From the NCBI GenBank assembly GCA_030390025.1, contig JASTWF010000325.1, forward strand, positions 310,001 to 374,000: 64,000 nt of DNA. The letters are read 5' to 3'. The notes beneath the pieces are model-generated. The model searched no databases and had not been told where the DNA came from. It worked only from the letters and a program-made list of their open reading frames with translations. Every line of letters starts with the position of its first letter. The stretch's first letter is position 1. Shown piece by piece: positions 61,732 to 64,000 of the stretch. The translations under genes and the position numbers were made by a program. Source of the stretch: Squalus acanthias (lineage: Eukaryota).

Positions 61732-61899
61732 TTCATTAATAATGTTGTTGTAAATATGTGTTGACTGATTATTGATAAATTTATTAATTCAGTTTGGATT
61801 CTTTTGTGGAGTCTCTCATTTCAGCTTTGTGCTGTGATATGGTGTGCGACAGGAATGGAATGATGGGATCTGGTGAGCAACGGGGATCTAGGGTTTAAT

Positions 61900-63044
61900 T
61901 TATTCGAACAGCAGCCTGATGAGGTGGTCACGGACCGACCTTCTGGAAGGCTGATTGAGTGGCTGCCTCCTCCCTCGCTCCTGTTCCTCCTTGTCCTCAT
62001 CCTGCTCGTCGTCCTCCTCCTCCCTCCTCTCCCTCTTCCTCCTCCTGAGGTGGTCCCGCAATCCCTGGTGGCAAGGGCTGGGCCCTCATGATGGCCAAGT
62101 TGTGGAGCATTCAGCAGACCACGACTGGGACACCCGCTCCGGTGAGTACTAGAGGGCTCCTCCCGAGCGGTCAAGGCAGCAGAACCGTTGCTTGAGCACC
62201 CCGATGGTCTGCTCGATGATGTTCCTGGTGGCAGCATGGCTCTCATTGAGTGCTGGGCAGGAGTGTTGGGGTTGCAGAGAGGAGTCATGAGCCAGGTGGA
62301 GAGCGGATAGCCCTCGTGTCTGAGCAGCCAGCCACGAGCTTGACCTGGTGGCTGGAAGAGAGCTGGCACACTGGCCTGGCGCAGGATGAAGGCATTGTGG
62401 CTGCTGCCAGGATAGCGGGCATTCACATTGAGGATTCGCTGTCTGTGATCACACACCAACTGCACATTAAACGTCTTTGCAGTTACAGAAGATCTCAGGA
62501 TTGTTGTGCGGTGTCCGCAAAGCCACATGGGCGCAGTCAATGGCGCCCTGCACCATGGGGAATCCCGCTATCCTGGCAAAGCCACATACACGCTCGTCCT
62601 GCTTCTCTCTGGTGATGGGGAAGGAAATGTAGTCCCTTCTCCTACTGTAGAGAGCCTCTGTGACCTCCCAGATACAGCGGTGAACTGCGAGATGTTTGCA
62701 GTCTCCTGTTGCAGACTGGAAGGATCCGCTGGTGAAGAATTGAAGGCGACGGTGACATTGACTGCCACGGAGAGCCGTGGTCGCCCTGATCTGAGGCTGG
62801 AGGTCTGGTTGCAGGAGGTGGCAGAGTCTGTGACCACCTCCTTGGTGAAGCGGAGCCTTCTAATACACTGCTCCTCACTTAATTGGAGGTAGGAGAAGTG
62901 CTCTCGGAATACCCTCGGAGGGTAAGGCCTCCTGTTGAGAGCCCTGATGGCTCTCCTGCTCCCTCTGGCCACATGTTCCACTCTTTCTCGCTCCCTCCGC
63001 TGTAGATCCTGGAGGGCCAGGTCGACTGCCAGTACAGTCCCCAT
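61900..63044 (-). pseudogene. Harbinger DDE transposase (HARBI1-like nuclease), disabled
   Basis: ATG at 63044. Motifs RRPYPPRVFR, EEQCIRRLRF, GFPMVQGAIDC, NVQLVCD, ARYPGSSHNAFIL, WLLRHEGYP, RNIIEQTIGVLKQRF, an acidic tail, and TAA at 61900-61902. Multiple frameshifts. Confidence 0.9.
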
Positions 63045-63064
63045 TAACGTAAAAAGTGTAGCAG

Positions 63065-63221
63065 TGTTGAGGCTGCCGCGAAACACGAATTAAGGCTGAA
63101 TCCATGTGTGTTAAACAAGAGACTTTTTAATCAACTGCGTGGTAAAAAATGGCTGAACAGACTGCTCCCAGAATTCTCTGGAAAAATCCTGAGGCCCCGC
63201 CCACTCCTGCCTTAAAGGTAA
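63065..63221 (-). mobile_element. Partial LTR of a family related to the Gypsy element at 45367-49697
   Basis: Aligns to about the first 170 nt of 49466-49697 (TGTTGAGGCTGCCGCGAAACACGAATTAAG...GAGGCCCCGCCCACTCC), with multiple substitutions and small indels. Confidence 0.92.
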
Positions 63222-64000
63222 GGGGGTAAAAATTCACTTGGTTGCGCCACCCGTTAGCGCCTTAAGAGGGCGCTAATGGGGCGCAAAGCCGCTAACGCCC
63301 GGGCGCAGCGATGTTTGCGCCGCTCGAGAACTTAACTTGAGATTGTGCGGCGGCGCTAAAACTTACCGCTGCGACCACCTGCGCGCGCAGATTGTGACGT
63401 CATTCCATGGTGCAACGCCCTTGGGGCGCCCCGTAGCGGAAATTGAGTGGCGCCCCCTGCCTTACCGCCTGGCGCTTCCAACGACCAGAAGACTGGAACG
63501 CTATCAATCGCTGTGGGGCTGGGGGGGGCGCTATTTAAAGGGGGCCTCTTCCTGTCTTTTATTGTTGGTGGCATTTTTGAACTACGCATTCTGAGAGAGA
63601 GAGGGAGAGACTTCTGGAGAGATTCAACGTTGGGTGAAGGAGTTTTGGGTACTGAGCAGCACTTTGCAGGTTCATTTTGATTTGCCATTCCTTGTATCGA
63701 TTTAGCAGAGACCGTGGGAGCTGCACTCTGAGCTCTTTGCCTGGTGCTCTCCATTGTTCTTTCCAGCACATTTGATGTGCAAGTCTCTCCAGGCCGAGAT
63801 TCAAGGCAGCAATGAACAGGATGTGGATGGAAAGCAAGATTAACCATCCCCTTTAAGAACTGGCCCGTGCCATTGTGTGTGTGTTCCATTGCTGACTGAC
63901 ATTACATGAGCTTCGCCAGCGCTCCGAGTTAGCGCCTCACTGCTCGGCCTTTGCGCCTTAAGAGAGGTGTGCAGCGCCTGCTTTAGCGCTCCACTCACCT
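63222..64000. mobile_element. Second Harbinger-like, probably non-autonomous element; runs off the window
   Basis: Begins GGGGGTAAAAATTC, similar to and in the same orientation as 59732, right after TAA. Dense TAGCGCC/GGCGCTA motifs at 63250-63360 and again at 63915-63990. Confidence 0.65.

Larger units (their letters stand above)
59732..63064. mobile_element. PIF/Harbinger DNA transposon with convergent Myb/SANT and DDE transposase genes; right end not in view
   Basis: Putative left terminus GAGCTAGAAATTC with subterminal TAGCGC/GCGCTA motifs, and the two-gene layout typical of Harbinger. Confidence 0.88.

Noticed and set aside
61900..63044. Domesticated HARBI1 host gene
   Set aside because: Multiple frameshifts, conserved Asp positions altered (HNA and RHEGY), and paired with a Myb gene inside a transposon.

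Overview
Vertebrate genomic DNA, probably from a cartilaginous fish; this is inferred from the SINE, CR1, L2 and Harbinger families and a shark-type 67-bp minisatellite recalled from memory, not searched. The window holds eight + strand exons (855 nt, 285 codons, continuous frame, all GT-AG) of an FGD-family Cdc42 GEF, most like FGD2, covering PH1, FYVE and the start of PH2. The DH exons and the last exon lie outside the window. Roughly three quarters of the window is intronic tandem repeat, with different minisatellites in different introns. Several arrays run up to a splice signal and resemble it. The rest is nested transposons: a Deu-type SINE split by a CR1 LINE, which is split by a young full-length CsRn1-like Gypsy element and a SINE tail; an L2 split by an L1/Tx1 insertion; and a two-gene PIF/Harbinger transposon carrying a related LTR, which is cut by a second Harbinger-like element. 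Nearly all long ORFs in the track are repeat artefacts. I found no clearly new gene system. The best leads are the splice-site-like arrays, a CpG versus CpA/TpG polarised satellite, two template-switch inversions and a frame-preserving transposon exon in the last visible intron.
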